Of a DNA stretch of 63,858 nt, positions 27,490 to 39,508 are shown piece by piece. The translations under genes and the position numbers were made by a program. The notes beneath the pieces are model-generated. The model did no database searches. It was not told where the DNA came from and saw only the letters and a list, made by a program, of their open reading frames with translations. Every line of letters begins with the position of its first letter. Position 1 is the stretch's first letter. The DNA is from Octopus bimaculoides (lineage: Eukaryota), in the NCBI RefSeq assembly GCF_001194135.2, contig NC_068982.1, forward strand, positions 132,206,330 through 132,270,187, in the 5' to 3' direction.

Positions 27490-28418
27490 CTACAAGCGTC
27501 GAAGACTATCTCAAAATGCATGTTTCTCGTATATATTAAATCTGATTAATATTGTTAAGTGGTTTCAGCGAGGTTTAAAAATCAATATAACTAATTCAAA
27601 TACAAAATATGTTTGATAATTACATTAACTAAATAGTACATCTCGAACTCTGAAATAATTCTACTTAGAAGTTTGATATTAAGAAATGCTCACCACGGAA
27701 TATGATGTTGAATATTTCTAAACTAGTAAGGAATTGTACGGAGATTAAGTGGCCTTGATGTATCTGATACTTAAACGAAAGTGATATAATCAAGAAACGA
27801 AACAAATCTTGAACTAGACTCTTGAGAGTCTACGGAATCATTTCATGGAAAATAAAATTTTGTTTGAATAGGAAAAAAATATTTCAAAGGAAATCTGAAA
27901 GACATATTGTGCGTAGTGAGAGATGAGAGCAATAAGTATTAAATAGCGATAGTACTATAAGACCGCGAAGTGATTAACAGCTAGCTCAGAAACTAGTAGT
28001 TTGCATCGTGTTACTAACATATTCATGACCAATAGGCGTAGATGAGGAATATGCAAATGCGTACAACAGTGTGACACAACCTATTGATGTAAAGACACTA
28101 TGTAAAACTGACGAGTGTTTTGTTAATTTGTGGTACAGTGTTCAAATGTTCGCATAGATATAGGTTTTCTAAGATGGATCCGATATTGACAAAGTTTTTA
28201 ATGGTGTTATATTTCTAAGTTTTCGAGATTCATAAATTCTTTTTTAATCGACTAACCTAAATATTATGTAATCTAAATAAAATATATTTTTTTCAGTTTG
28301 AGAGAACTACTGGGGTCACTCTAATATGAAATAGTAAATCAGTGATGAAGAACATACAATCATTGTGAATAACAGTAATTAAGGAGGTAACGTATGATAT
28401 GTAGCGTGGCTTATATAC

Positions 28419-28525
28419 CTGAAATTTGGAATGAGAGCCCTTTGCATTTGTTTGACGAACAGTTGCACTCAAGATTTCCATAACTCTCATCAGGTCCATC
28501 ACCAGGTCGTATATAATTTTCATCA
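28419..28525 (-). CDS. Possible N-terminal exon of the cyclin: DENYIRPGDGPDESYGNLECNCSSNKCKGLSFQIS
   Basis: Acceptor atctgcag (alternative tag giving start 28535), open protein-like frame, donor CAG|gtatat in phase 1, which matches the phase-1 acceptor of the 27359-27489 exon. Both splice sites are weak and the 5' phase does not match the 30010 donor. Confidence 0.35.
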
Positions 28526-30009
28526 CTGCAGATATCTAATCGTACTTTATGTTTAACATTTACAGAGTCTTGAAGAACCTGACGAAATTGAGTGGAAAAG
28601 AAAAGTTATTTCGCATTGAAATGTTCAGATACTAGATATTTTGTGAAAATATTACGTTTAGATTTGATTAGGACTGCGAAAATTCATTCTAACAAATTAT
28701 GTAAAATAGAAAAGGATTATCTCTCGTGCCTTTAGCAAAAACCGAGTGCTAGTTTTGCTATTGCAAATTAGAATCATAAGTATTTAGGCCGGGAGGACAT
28801 GACAAAAGTGTAGATGTGTAATCTTGTCAGTCATAGGTATTTACACAACCTCAATGGTTTAGTTCACATATTTGAAAATAAGTCGCATGGGAATGACGCG
28901 TATTTCGATACCTAGCAGTGCTAAGCGCGTATCCTTCCAAGTCGATAGATGATCGATCCAATGAATTTTCTCTTGTATTTGATTTATATTAATTTTTTAT
29001 TTGTATTCCAACAAATCAGAAAACACAATTACGGTTGAAAATGTGAATAACACACACACACAGACACGAGATGCTAGAAATTTATATACTTTACAATTAC
29101 TTTTAAACTATCTACCTAGTATCCATAGATACATTAAAACGCAATGGCTGTCCTTTCATTTTGTTGAATGCATTTTTTATAAAAATTAATTAATATTGAA
29201 CAGACAATATATCTTGATATTAAATTGCTAAATCTTAGCATTGTTACCTTGCCAAAGGTTCAAAATGATTTAGCTTGAGTCATGTCAGTCAGCTCTTCTT
29301 TCTACATCTTTTTACCTTTGTGCGTGCGTTTAGAAATAGATAAGTGAAGTAGCTTTGATGGTTCAGAACAATCTGTAAATGTATGCGTTGGGAGCTGTTA
29401 CCTTCATCACAGGATCTTGGTGCATTTTTACAAAACTGTATCACCAAGTGCAGTATCCCAACTGTGCAACATGTTGAAGAAGGATGTCATCAGCGGTAAG
29501 GTATTTGTTGAAAGCAGAGATGCTGTAAATCTACAGATAGCCTAAGTGCACTTCATTAAAAAATTCAAATCAATTAGTTAATTCCCTTCCCATCCATCGG
29601 GATATCCATCTTTCTACCTATCTATACTTTTATTCATCGAGTCATCTATCTGCGTAACTATCAGTTTATTAACATATCTAAATGCCTATCTCAACTATTA
29701 ATAACGTTGAACCTGAAAACCTAGACCAACAACAAAACTTTATAATATTCTGACAATCCTTGGTATTTTTTAAATATCTTATCACTTAATATCAGTTGCT
29801 TGCACTGCTATAAATCACAATTTCAAAGAGACCATACTCGCAAAAAATATTACCATTTTATGTACTCTGTAATTCCTTTCACTCATTTAGAGTGAAATAA
29901 AAGCAAACAGCTTGGTATATCAAAGTAATGTTAAAAATCCGTTTATCGAATATGCAAAGTCGTTAATGTTAAGTAATATTTTTTTTTTAATTTAGAAATT
30001 CATACTTAC

Positions 30010-30162
30010 TGTTTCAAACTGCTCCGAACACTCAGTGCTGGAAGATTCATAAGATATTGTTGAGTGCCTACGTTGTTTAAGTTTCTTTTGACTTTTGTTC
30101 TCTAACTTTTCCAGTTCTTCAGACATGCGCCGCAACGATAATAACTGTCTCGCAGTCGTCAT
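30010..30162 (-). CDS. Probable first coding exon of the cyclin gene: MTTARQLLSLRRMSEELEKLENKSQKKLKQRRHSTISYESSSTECSEQFET
   Basis: Acceptor ctgtttctgccag precedes the exon start at 30171. ATG at 30162-30160 has A at -3. The frame is open for 51 codons and ends at a perfect donor ACA|gtaagt (phase 0). It lies about 2.5 kb upstream of the first unambiguous cyclin exon on the same strand. Linkage to the cyclin is inferred. Confidence 0.6.
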
Positions 30163-32444
30163 GATAATCGCCTGGCAGAAACAGATTGCATTACCATGGA
30201 TACCAGATCATAAACATATTGGAAAGTGGTAGGAAATATCTGAAGGAAGAAATTTGTTACATTTGTTTACTGATGAACACAAATTTGTTTCTAATTATTG
30301 TAGTTATCAATTAGAGCGGTTGCGGGGTGTCATTTGAATTCTAGTTATGTAATCGTTTTCTTTTCCGTCTGAGCTAATTTGGTTTTCGTCTCAGTCGTTG
30401 TGTAGCTTTTTAGATAATTGATTTTAAAATTCCCGTTATAGAATTGCAACGATCTCATGTTTATATTCTTTCTTCTTAGTTTACATCAATATTGTGAAAC
30501 GAAAGTCTTTTTTAAAAAATACTGAATATTAATCGTCAGTTTTAACTACAAGGTACGGTGTAACAAAATAAAGAACTGTATAGCGGTGTAAGAAAAAAAG
30601 ACAACCCATATATGATTACCATCGGTTAAGGTATTAAAAGGTTGACAGAGCAAAAGATCCAGCAAAATGTCAGACTATGCTCCTCTGTATTTAACTCACG
30701 TTCTCGGTTCACATCTCTACATCTACGTTATACTTTTTTTCTTTAATCGCTAAAATAAATATCAGTCAAGCACTGCGGTTAATTTATTCCTCCACACCTC
30801 CTCCAAATTTTGTGCCAAAGTTAGAAACTTGTGTATGGTTTTCAAATGTGTAGATTGCGTAAAAAGTGAGTAGCAGATTAACTACCGTTCTATACTTAGT
30901 CTGGATTTCAAAGCCCAGCGTGATTTGACCTTTCCCATCATCTAATGACTGTATAAAATAACTCCAAGTTAAATACTAGATTCAACTAAATTACCTATAC
31001 ATATCTTACTCGTTTGTGATCTCCCAATGAAAAACATTAAAATGTTAAAAGATTCTTGAGAATTTGCTATAGAGAGTTCGATTTCATTTTTCTGTATAAT
31101 AATTTCAAATTCTAGCAGAATCAGCATTAGATTGACTCAACATATACCTCGTACTAAAGACTGCTTGGTGGTGGATAATAAGAAAAATGGAAATAAGCTG
31201 AAGGTGATGAGTGCATACGGCTGTAACCATCACATTTACGGTATCGAAATTTAAGATTTTGCCTTCTTTGAGAAGACGACAAACTATTTGTGTTTCCATA
31301 AATAAGTAGTATAGCAGACTGTTAGAAGGAAACGACATGATTGCACAAGTATATATGCATTTACTCTTAACATGCATACTCACTATATTGTCAATTTCTT
31401 GTACTTTTGTAATCTTGAGCATACATAGTTGGATGAGTAGCGATAGTTACTCCAGGAAAAAGAACATAGGAATGCAAGTCATAACTTTCATGTCTTTCTT
31501 TAAAGTTTCAAGGTAAAAGAAATACAACTTGGAATCCTAACCAAACCCTAAATACAAGTTACTTATTCTGTCATACGTCTGTGTTTATCTTTAAAAAGAA
31601 ATGGATCTCGGTTTTTTTTTATGAGGTAAAAGAAATTGATTTAACATTCAACTAAATAATTACCTATATACAGTTCTGACTCAACGGATTTACTTAGAGG
31701 AAAGAAATAAGAAAATTATTTAGTGCGGTGCTTCGATATAACAAAAGGAAGATTAATTGGAACGACACCGTAGGCTTAACGAATTTAAGTAGTGTTAACC
31801 TCACAACTCTATAAGTGGAATTAAACTATGCTAAAAAAATATCTTTAAATGTTGGTTGTTGTAATATTAATTTTTAACCTGAAAAACAGAAAGAAATGAT
31901 TAGTATTTCATTAAGGCAGTTCCGATTTATAGAAATAAAATTAAATTGCGAAATATATAGGGTTTCATTACTTCTTCAGCAATAAAAAAAGGTAATGAAA
32001 TTGCTTTAACCCTTTAACTGCGAAATTAAATTTCATGGTTATTTCAGTAAATAGAATTGACATTTTCTGCAAGTCACGTTGCTTCAATAAACTTGATATG
32101 TTTCGGCAAAACATAGCTTCAAACATGCCACTCCTCAACAAAAGATAGATTGGTATGTAAAACGGATTTTTTGAGTGGATATTTTTGATTTCTGCAGAAA
32201 AAGGTTTAAGTAGGATTAGAGATAGATGACCCTGTGAGAATGTAACTCAATAACACTTAAATCTCATCAAGATATTAACTATTCTTCACTATATGCTAAA
32301 ATCTAATATTTCGTAGAATGAAATGTATAAAATTGTAACGCTCACGGTTATTTGGTGAGCCTTTAAAGGTATAATTTATGTGAAATTACTTCATTCAAGA
32401 CCCACTACGAATTCTGCTGGGCAGAAATGAATTTAAGCAAAATA

Positions 32445-32663
32445 TTGGTTTCAAATTTTTATACAAGGCCAGCAATTTCGGGGAGGCTTAAGTCAATTAC
32501 ATCAACCCAAGTGCTTGGCAGGTGCTTACTTATTTTATCAAGCTCGAAAGGATGAAAGGCAAAAATCGACATCGGCGGAATTTGAACTCAAAACGTAAAG
32601 GCGGACGAAAAGCTGCAAGGCATTTTTCCCGGCATGCTAACGATCCTTCCGGCTTGCCGCCTT
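32445..32663 (-). mobile_element. SINE family A, near full length
   Basis: Head, core and ttggtttcaaattt tail. Confidence 0.85.
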
Positions 32664-34259
32664 CCAATTCAAGTAAAATATTGAGGTTTCTTTTGTCTAG
32701 AAACATGGGGTTAACATTTCTGTAGAGGAAGAATAAGAAATTTGATTAGCATACTTCCTGCAGCACATTCACGGAATAAATGCTTCGATTGAAAACTGAA
32801 ACCGCGTTGTGATCTCAGTTTGAAAGTAAGTTAACTCTTACACGACTTCGTTTACCATATGCACAAGTAAATTATTGATTCGTCTCAACATATTTCAAGA
32901 TCATTACATACATACGTTAATTCGATTGCCTAAAAGGCAATCGAATCAGTGTTTGTATGTAAAGATCTAAGAAGAAAATTATAAAATATTGTGATTGTAC
33001 AGGTTAGACTACTTAAATCCAGACATTTCCTCTGACTCAATTCAAGTGGAAATATATAATCACATCTGTTAAACCTGGTCGATTTACTGCTAAACAAAAT
33101 GACTGACGAACATCGAAAATAATGAGAATATCACGAAGCTTACTTGTTTCTTAAGTCTTGTAACTTTGACAATTGACCTTTAAGTTTTATCGAAGCCGAT
33201 CTCAGCAGCACGAAATATAATGAAATAGATATTCAGTTTTATCCGATAGTTACGATTGTCTTTAAATGAAAATCAGAAAATAACGCTTCCTTTTACACAC
33301 AATAAAACATACGCACGCATGGTTTAAACTAAGTTTATTAATGGAATAAATCTGTTTAGATTATTTAAGTAGTTATTCTCAGCACTACCATTATTTAAAG
33401 CTTTTCTAAAAAGGGTAAAATATTGTAGACAAGCTATTTCAAGTGAAATATTATGTGCCTGTATTAGAAACAGGCACGGACTACAATAGTATCTTACAAA
33501 TATTTGCAATGTATATTTGCTAAGTTACTGACTCCAAATGAACTTTTTAATAAAAAGATGAAAAAATAAAATCCATACTTATTGAAAAGATTCATCAAAA
33601 GACTAGCAAATTAGATTTGATTGCTTTCGTGCATCAATTAAGCATCAATCACTAAGTAATGTCGCTTATTTTGAAGAGAGGACGTTGTTTTCCAGCAGAC
33701 GAGAGTATTGTCGAGTATGCAAGCTGTATAACAATATTTTCCACCATTTAAGTGATGTCAGTGCATGTTGAAGATAATGATTGCATACGGTTTGGCTGAG
33801 CGTTCAACAAGGAAGTTTCTACATAGTCACTCTACCTGCTGAAAATAATCGACTTCCTGTTATACTCAAATGGAGGGATCATGACTACAACGCTTTTTGT
33901 CACAGATTTGTTCGATCAGCGCTGATCTGGAGCCAAACAACTGCCAAGTTTTCTTCCAACCAGCGAGAAAAAACTCCTCATTGATCGCTCGACCTCAGAT
34001 TTTTTACTGCGCACACTGGTTAGGGTTAGGTGGTGTGCACTCGCTTTACCTTCGCCCATTTTATGTGGCGACCTGCTCGAAATAAATTTCTTCAGAATTG
34101 TACCCGACTGATGACAATTAAGAAAGGTTTCATTGGACAATGTTATATTCATAAAGATGGAATAATAGATTACATAAATTAGAAAAAAATCGCCCGTAAT
34201 ATTTTTGTGAGTTAATGAAACATCAGACATATATATATAATCTGTTTTGATGTATTTAA

Positions 34260-34572
34260 GAGATGAGGAATTATGTACAGTATTTACATTCGACAGATAT
34301 TTGTCCTCATCATGTTTGTTGTTAACACAACGTTTCGGCTGATATACCCTCCAGCCTTTTTCAGGTGTCTTGGGGAAATTTCGAATCTGGGTTCTCATTC
34401 CTAAGGTATTTTTCAATATTGTTATTATTATTGTTCAGGTCACTGCTTGGAATCGAACTCGGAATCTTGAAGTTAATAGCCCGCGCTCTCAACCACTACG
34501 CCATATGCCCGTGAGCATATGGCGTAGGGGTAATATCGCGTCGAATGTAAATAATGTAAATATGCATAATCT
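34260..34572. mobile_element. Fold-back element with tRNA-like head and hammerhead-like motif (Penelope pLTR-like)
   Basis: Central hairpin ctacgccatatgc-ccgtga-gcatatggcgtag near 34497-34528. The left arm on the minus strand has A/B boxes and then a hammerhead-like motif. The terminal sequence gtcgaatgtaaata recurs inverted at both ends. Confidence 0.65.
34325..34368 (-). ncRNA. Minimal type I hammerhead ribozyme-like motif, G8->A core variant, probably inactive
   Basis: ACAC-CUGAAAA-A-GGCUG-gagggUAUAU-CAGCC-GAAA-CG-UU-GUGU. Stem I is ACAC/GUGU, stem II is GGCUG/CAGCC, stem III is a palindromic CG. CUGANGA is altered to CUGAAAA. Confidence 0.55.
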
Positions 34573-35959
34573 ATTTTGATGTTTTTACGTACGAGAGGGA
34601 GCATGATCTAATAGCGCAAATGCCTGTCTAGGTCCGCAAATTTTAAGCACTGTGAAAATTTCCCGTAATGTTTGGGGTAACTTACGAATTCCAAAACAGA
34701 AAAGGTTTTACTAATTTATGTTTTTGCTAGATTTATTTCCTATAATGTTCGTCTTAAAGACGTTAATGTTTAATGAATATGAAGCACTTATTTATGCAAT
34801 AACTTGTGTTATATACAAGACTACTTTTTGTCGTATTGAGACGTATTGTTAACTGATATAAGTGAATAATTCAGAAGAAAAATTAAGAAATGCTTGTCGC
34901 CAACTTCTATAGAGAAATTAAAACGAAGTTGATATAATCTAGAGTTGAAACCGTCGTACAAACATAGCTATTCTAATTTCTAAAGACGTGCCACAAATGT
35001 AATAACTTAACGGAAATTCGTCTGTGTTTACAAAGGTTTCGTATTTTGACAATTACAGCCAAACTTGAGTCTATGTATTCTCTTCAGTGTAATCACTTTA
35101 GTAAAATGAACCTTTTGTAGTAGATACAATTAAAATAGTTTCCAAAATACCATTTAAGACTTATCAGACAATCCTATGGCATATCCTATTATGTTTGTGT
35201 TTGCTTAAACAGCTCGTGAATTGAAGCATTCGGTTTGCAAGTCTAGCTGTGATTAACAAATATTTGTTGTACTGTAAACACACTGCCATTGTTCAAAATT
35301 TAAAACATGCAGACTATTGAAGCAACATTTTATGCTACACAGAAAATGTTCAATAATTAAATACGTTTTCTTCATTAACACTTCAGAATATAGCTTACGT
35401 TTTCTTGTGTTTGTTTCACTCATTGGACTGCAACTATGCTGGAATACTTCCACGAATGGTTTTAGTTAAACAAATCGGCACTACTTAAATACAGAGATCC
35501 CGATGCATCTACGTAACGATATGAAGGGGAGGATTACTTTTAGGGTTAGGGTGTCATTACACGTCCACACAGCAAACATTCAAAATGTTTCGTACGTAAC
35601 ACCCGTATTTAACCTATAAAGTGCTGGGATTTGCACTTACATAGTATGGACTGCTGAGCACATTATACGAAAATAAGATTACCATGCACACGTAAAAAAC
35701 AAAAACAAAGTTAAAATATCTTCTTAGTATATAAAGGTGGCAAGTTTTACATCATCTGAAAAGTCATTAGTTGAACTCTTGCATTCTGTGGGGGTATCGG
35801 AGCGATTGAATGACATTAGTCCCCAACAAACGACCATAAATTAAATGCATCTATGTGGGCCACGATCGTGGCCTGTCGAACTGTTCCTGACGGCCTCGAT
35901 CGTGGCTCGTCGCGCTTTATGTGTTAAGTAGTATCTCTGTATTTAAGTAGTACCAAAAA

Positions 35960-36070
35960 AAATCGACCCCAGTACTTATTCTATAAATTTCAATTCCCCG
36001 AAACGTTAGTTACGGAGACGTAAATAAGCCAACACTAGTTGTTAAGTGGTGGAGTGGAGACAAAAACACA
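35960..36070 (-). mobile_element. SINE family B, internal fragment
   Basis: ccagtacttattcta...gttacggagacgtaaataagccaacac...gacaaaaacaca. Confidence 0.6.
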
Positions 36071-36149
36071 TACAAATATATAGGGAGGGTGCAAAATTAA
36101 TAACTGGAGTAAAATGTGTAATTTCTGATTTCTCATTATTTTCTCTCTT

Positions 36150-36900
36150 TGAAATCATTAAATTGCCGGTATTACATCACCGTTTTGTACTGTTGCTTCA
36201 TCTTTAGGATCAAAAGTTGGTCAGCATAATAGTTGTTGAAGTTGAGAGCTTGAAACTTTTCAGGTGACAGGCACTTTCTTTTCAAAAATTTTCCTCAACT
36301 CTGACTTTGATAGTAATTGAGATAGCTAATAAAATATCTGGATAATTTTTGGTGTTTAACAATCAATATTCTTTTCTCTTTTGGATTCCAAGTCATTTTT
36401 TCCTACACTAATGTCTAATTTGATGAAATTCAATTTTCAAAAAATGTCTTAAATGGGGTAATATGAGTAATGACTAATTTCAATAATTGCTTTACTTTAA
36501 CTGCTTGGTGTGTAAATATGTCGAGAAGAGAGCCACTATTGCAGATGGTAAAGAAGCTATAGAAAATATTTTAAGTTCTTTTTTTATTATTTAGTTGTGT
36601 TTCGTTGATTTCATATCATTTGCCATTTTTCCACGATACCTTTTCATTTGACCTGAATATTTAAAATTTTGTTACGTTTTTGACCTTTCTGATGTCTAAG
36701 GATGGATATTAATGTATACGAGTCTGTTTACAAATATAATTCTGAAGAATTAAAGAGGCAAATTTACCTCATCTTGTCTTACTCATTTTGCCCCAAGTAA
36801 ATTTGCCATATGTTCAAAGACAGATAATTTTCTTAAATATTGTTCTGAATATGTTATAATGGTTTTTAATGCATTTAGAGGTCATTTACTTAGTTGATAT
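36150..36900 (-). mobile_element. Possible ancient hAT transposase remnant
   Basis: YPDILLAISITIKVRVEENF*K loosely matches FPNL..L.I.LTIP.....ERSFSK. Many stops. Confidence 0.3.
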
Positions 36901-36975
36901 GATTTTTGTATGGTTGTGAACTTTTGTAAAAAAAAATATTTTTATTCTCAGTCAAAAGTGCTGTAAAACAGTGTG

Positions 36976-37042
36976 NNNNNNNNNNNNNNNNNNNNNNNNN
37001 NNNNNNNNNNNNNNNNNNNNNNNNNNNNNNNNNNNNNNNNNN
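36976..37042. other. Assembly gap (N)
   Basis: N run. Confidence 0.99.
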
Positions 37043-37079
<37 letters not shown>

Positions 37080-38142
37080 GAGTAGATATATATACAGGAA
37101 GTTATTTACTTTGTAAGAGTATGTTTAATTGAAGCGACCACCATTAAATGTCTCGTATTTTATCATTCACAGAGATAGTTTCTTTAATGTGTTAAAAATT
37201 AACTTCCATTTTTCAAATTGACATAAAAATGTTTTTTTCTACTTTTTCTTACCGATAAAACCCTTAAATTAACTTGTAAATTGCTATTAGATATTCGTCT
37301 TTCTATGTAGTTTTTCAATTTACCATTCCATTAACTAAGAAATGTGCTTGCTTTTTTTTATTTTCGATAAACCAGTTTATGAATATTTATCGGAACAATA
37401 ATTTCAATGATTCATTAGAAAAACCTATAACAAACAAGTATCTAACTTTTACAAAACTTATATTAAAGTAATAAATTAGGAAAATTAATTAGTTTAAAAA
37501 TGTGGTTCACCTGATTTAGAAGTCAACTTCGATATACTGCGTAATAAATCCTTTTGAACTGTTTCTCTCAGAAAACTGTTTCAGGCGAAATAACTATTGA
37601 ATTCTCGTGAAACTAGCTATGACCAAAGTCATTTGAATATGAATTGTTATGCGCAAAGCAGGTGCGCAGGAAACAAAATCTGCTAATCACAAAGACTTAT
37701 TCTGGGTAGGAGTAAATGAAGTTATCTGCTGGGCCTTATAGGCTGTTCGGCTGGAGGATGTAATTTCTATGTAATTTTAAAATAAGAACAAAAAACGGAT
37801 CTGTTTAAGTTCTCAAATTTTTTTGTAAGATCTCATTTATTTTAAAATTCATTTATTAAATTGTACATAATAGTTAAAATCAAAAATTGTATATAAGCAC
37901 GATCTCATTCATTTTGTGTAATTGTTTATCTTGTGCCGTCCTCATTTATGCGTGATCCGCAGTGATCGTAATAAAGATTTTAGCTTTAGAGTAAATGAGT
38001 AACAGAAACAGCAGACCACTGGATAAAATGAATCGCAGCATATATTTACATCAATTTATGTTTTGTTTTCAAATCCTACTAGGATTGCATTCACATCCCA
38101 CCTGCGTTGCTTATTCTCGTTCAAGTAGATCAAGTAGTTATC

Positions 38143-38345
38143 TCTAATATAAGCACCAGGATTGGAATTTGTGAGAAAAGAATAGTCGATTACATCCATC
38201 CCAGTGTGATACTATATTTCATTGCCTCTGAAAGGAGAAAAGGCAAAGTTGACCTCGGTGGCATTTGAACTCAGAAGGTAAAGACCTGTAAGACATGCTA
38301 CTAAATATTTTTGTCGGGCACAGTAACGATTTTGCCTGCTCGTCG
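38143..38345 (-). mobile_element. SINE family A, diverged copy
   Basis: aaaggcaaagttgacctcggtggcatttgaactcagaa core. Confidence 0.75.
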
Positions 38346-39361
38346 ATTTAAGTTAATCAACCTATACTTATAATATACTGGCATTCTACTGAATCCACTA
38401 ATCTATTTTCTTTTTGTTTTCTTGTGTCATAAAAATGATTATTCTCCATAATTTTTGCTAATTATTATTTCTTTGTTTAAAAACGCAAGGCCACACATCT
38501 ATAGGAAGAGAAAACGAAATGGCATAATAGTCTTACTATTCTTATCGACGTAAAGGAAGAGAATTGGTTGCAATCAACAATCGAAACCGGTTTGCATAAT
38601 CATAGCTCGATAGTTTACCTTTTCTCTACAGAAAATAGTTCTCTATGTGTAAGGAATGAAAACTTGCTGTAACTCTTAATGGGTCGTTTATATAATGTCA
38701 TTATGTCGTGGTATTCAAAGCAACTAAAGACGACGGAATGATTCTAGATATCGCTGGTATGTGGAGCAAATAAAGTGAAAACGGTTACTGGAAATCGAAC
38801 TCTTGGCGAGATCGTACCATCATTATACAACGCTCAAAATTATTACCTGATATCTACAAATCATACTAAATATATATTTACAGTCGCTAGGACAGCTATT
38901 GCAATATTTATCCTGAAGTTATGTCTCTTATGCAGGTAGAGTGTTAAAAACAATAAGTGTCAGAGGAAGGCGAAAATTTGTCCCAGCAGCCAGCGAGAGC
39001 GCCAGATGAATAAATTTACTCTTTCGTATTGCAAGATGTTTTTTATGTAATCTTGGTAAATATATCTGTTAAAATTAGATGTCAGTGTTATGTTAATTTT
39101 TTTCGTAATTTAGGAGACAGTTTGGATCTTTTTTAAAACGTGGGCCACATTTTTCATTAACGAAACACTTTGAAACTTGGAACACTGGTAGAATGTGTCA
39201 TATAAAACATCTTTTTCTCTTAGTCTTCTTTAAAAAAAAAGAAATCCATAAGTTTTTCCATGTTAAAGTTGTCGTATTTCTGTAATTTCAACCAATCACT
39301 GACGTCCATTCAGCCGATATACATTAAGTGCCGACTACATAAACAAACGATTCTGAAACAA

Positions 39362-39407
39362 TTAACCCTAACCCTAACCCTAACCCTAAGGTTAGGGTTA
39401 GGGTTAA
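39362..39407. repeat. Inverted telomeric-type repeat (TAACCC)4 followed by (GGTTAG)3
   Basis: ttaaccctaaccctaaccctaaccctaa-ggttagggttagggttaa, directly visible. Confidence 0.95.
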
Positions 39408-39508
39408 AGCAAATTTAAAATGAAAAAAGCAAATAAAACGAAGGTATGGAGATTAAATACGCTTTACATCGCTTAATCAGCCAAAGGAGTAAATGTAAAC
39501 AACTGAAT

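Noticed and set aside
34430-34513. tRNA-like sequence with A and B boxes (also the SINE heads at 43724 and 46639)
   Set aside because: No proper acceptor stem, and each runs directly into repeat bodies; these are retroposon heads, not tRNA genes.
39362-39407. Ancestral telomere-fusion site
   Set aside because: The repeat order is opposite to a fusion scar and the array is very short.
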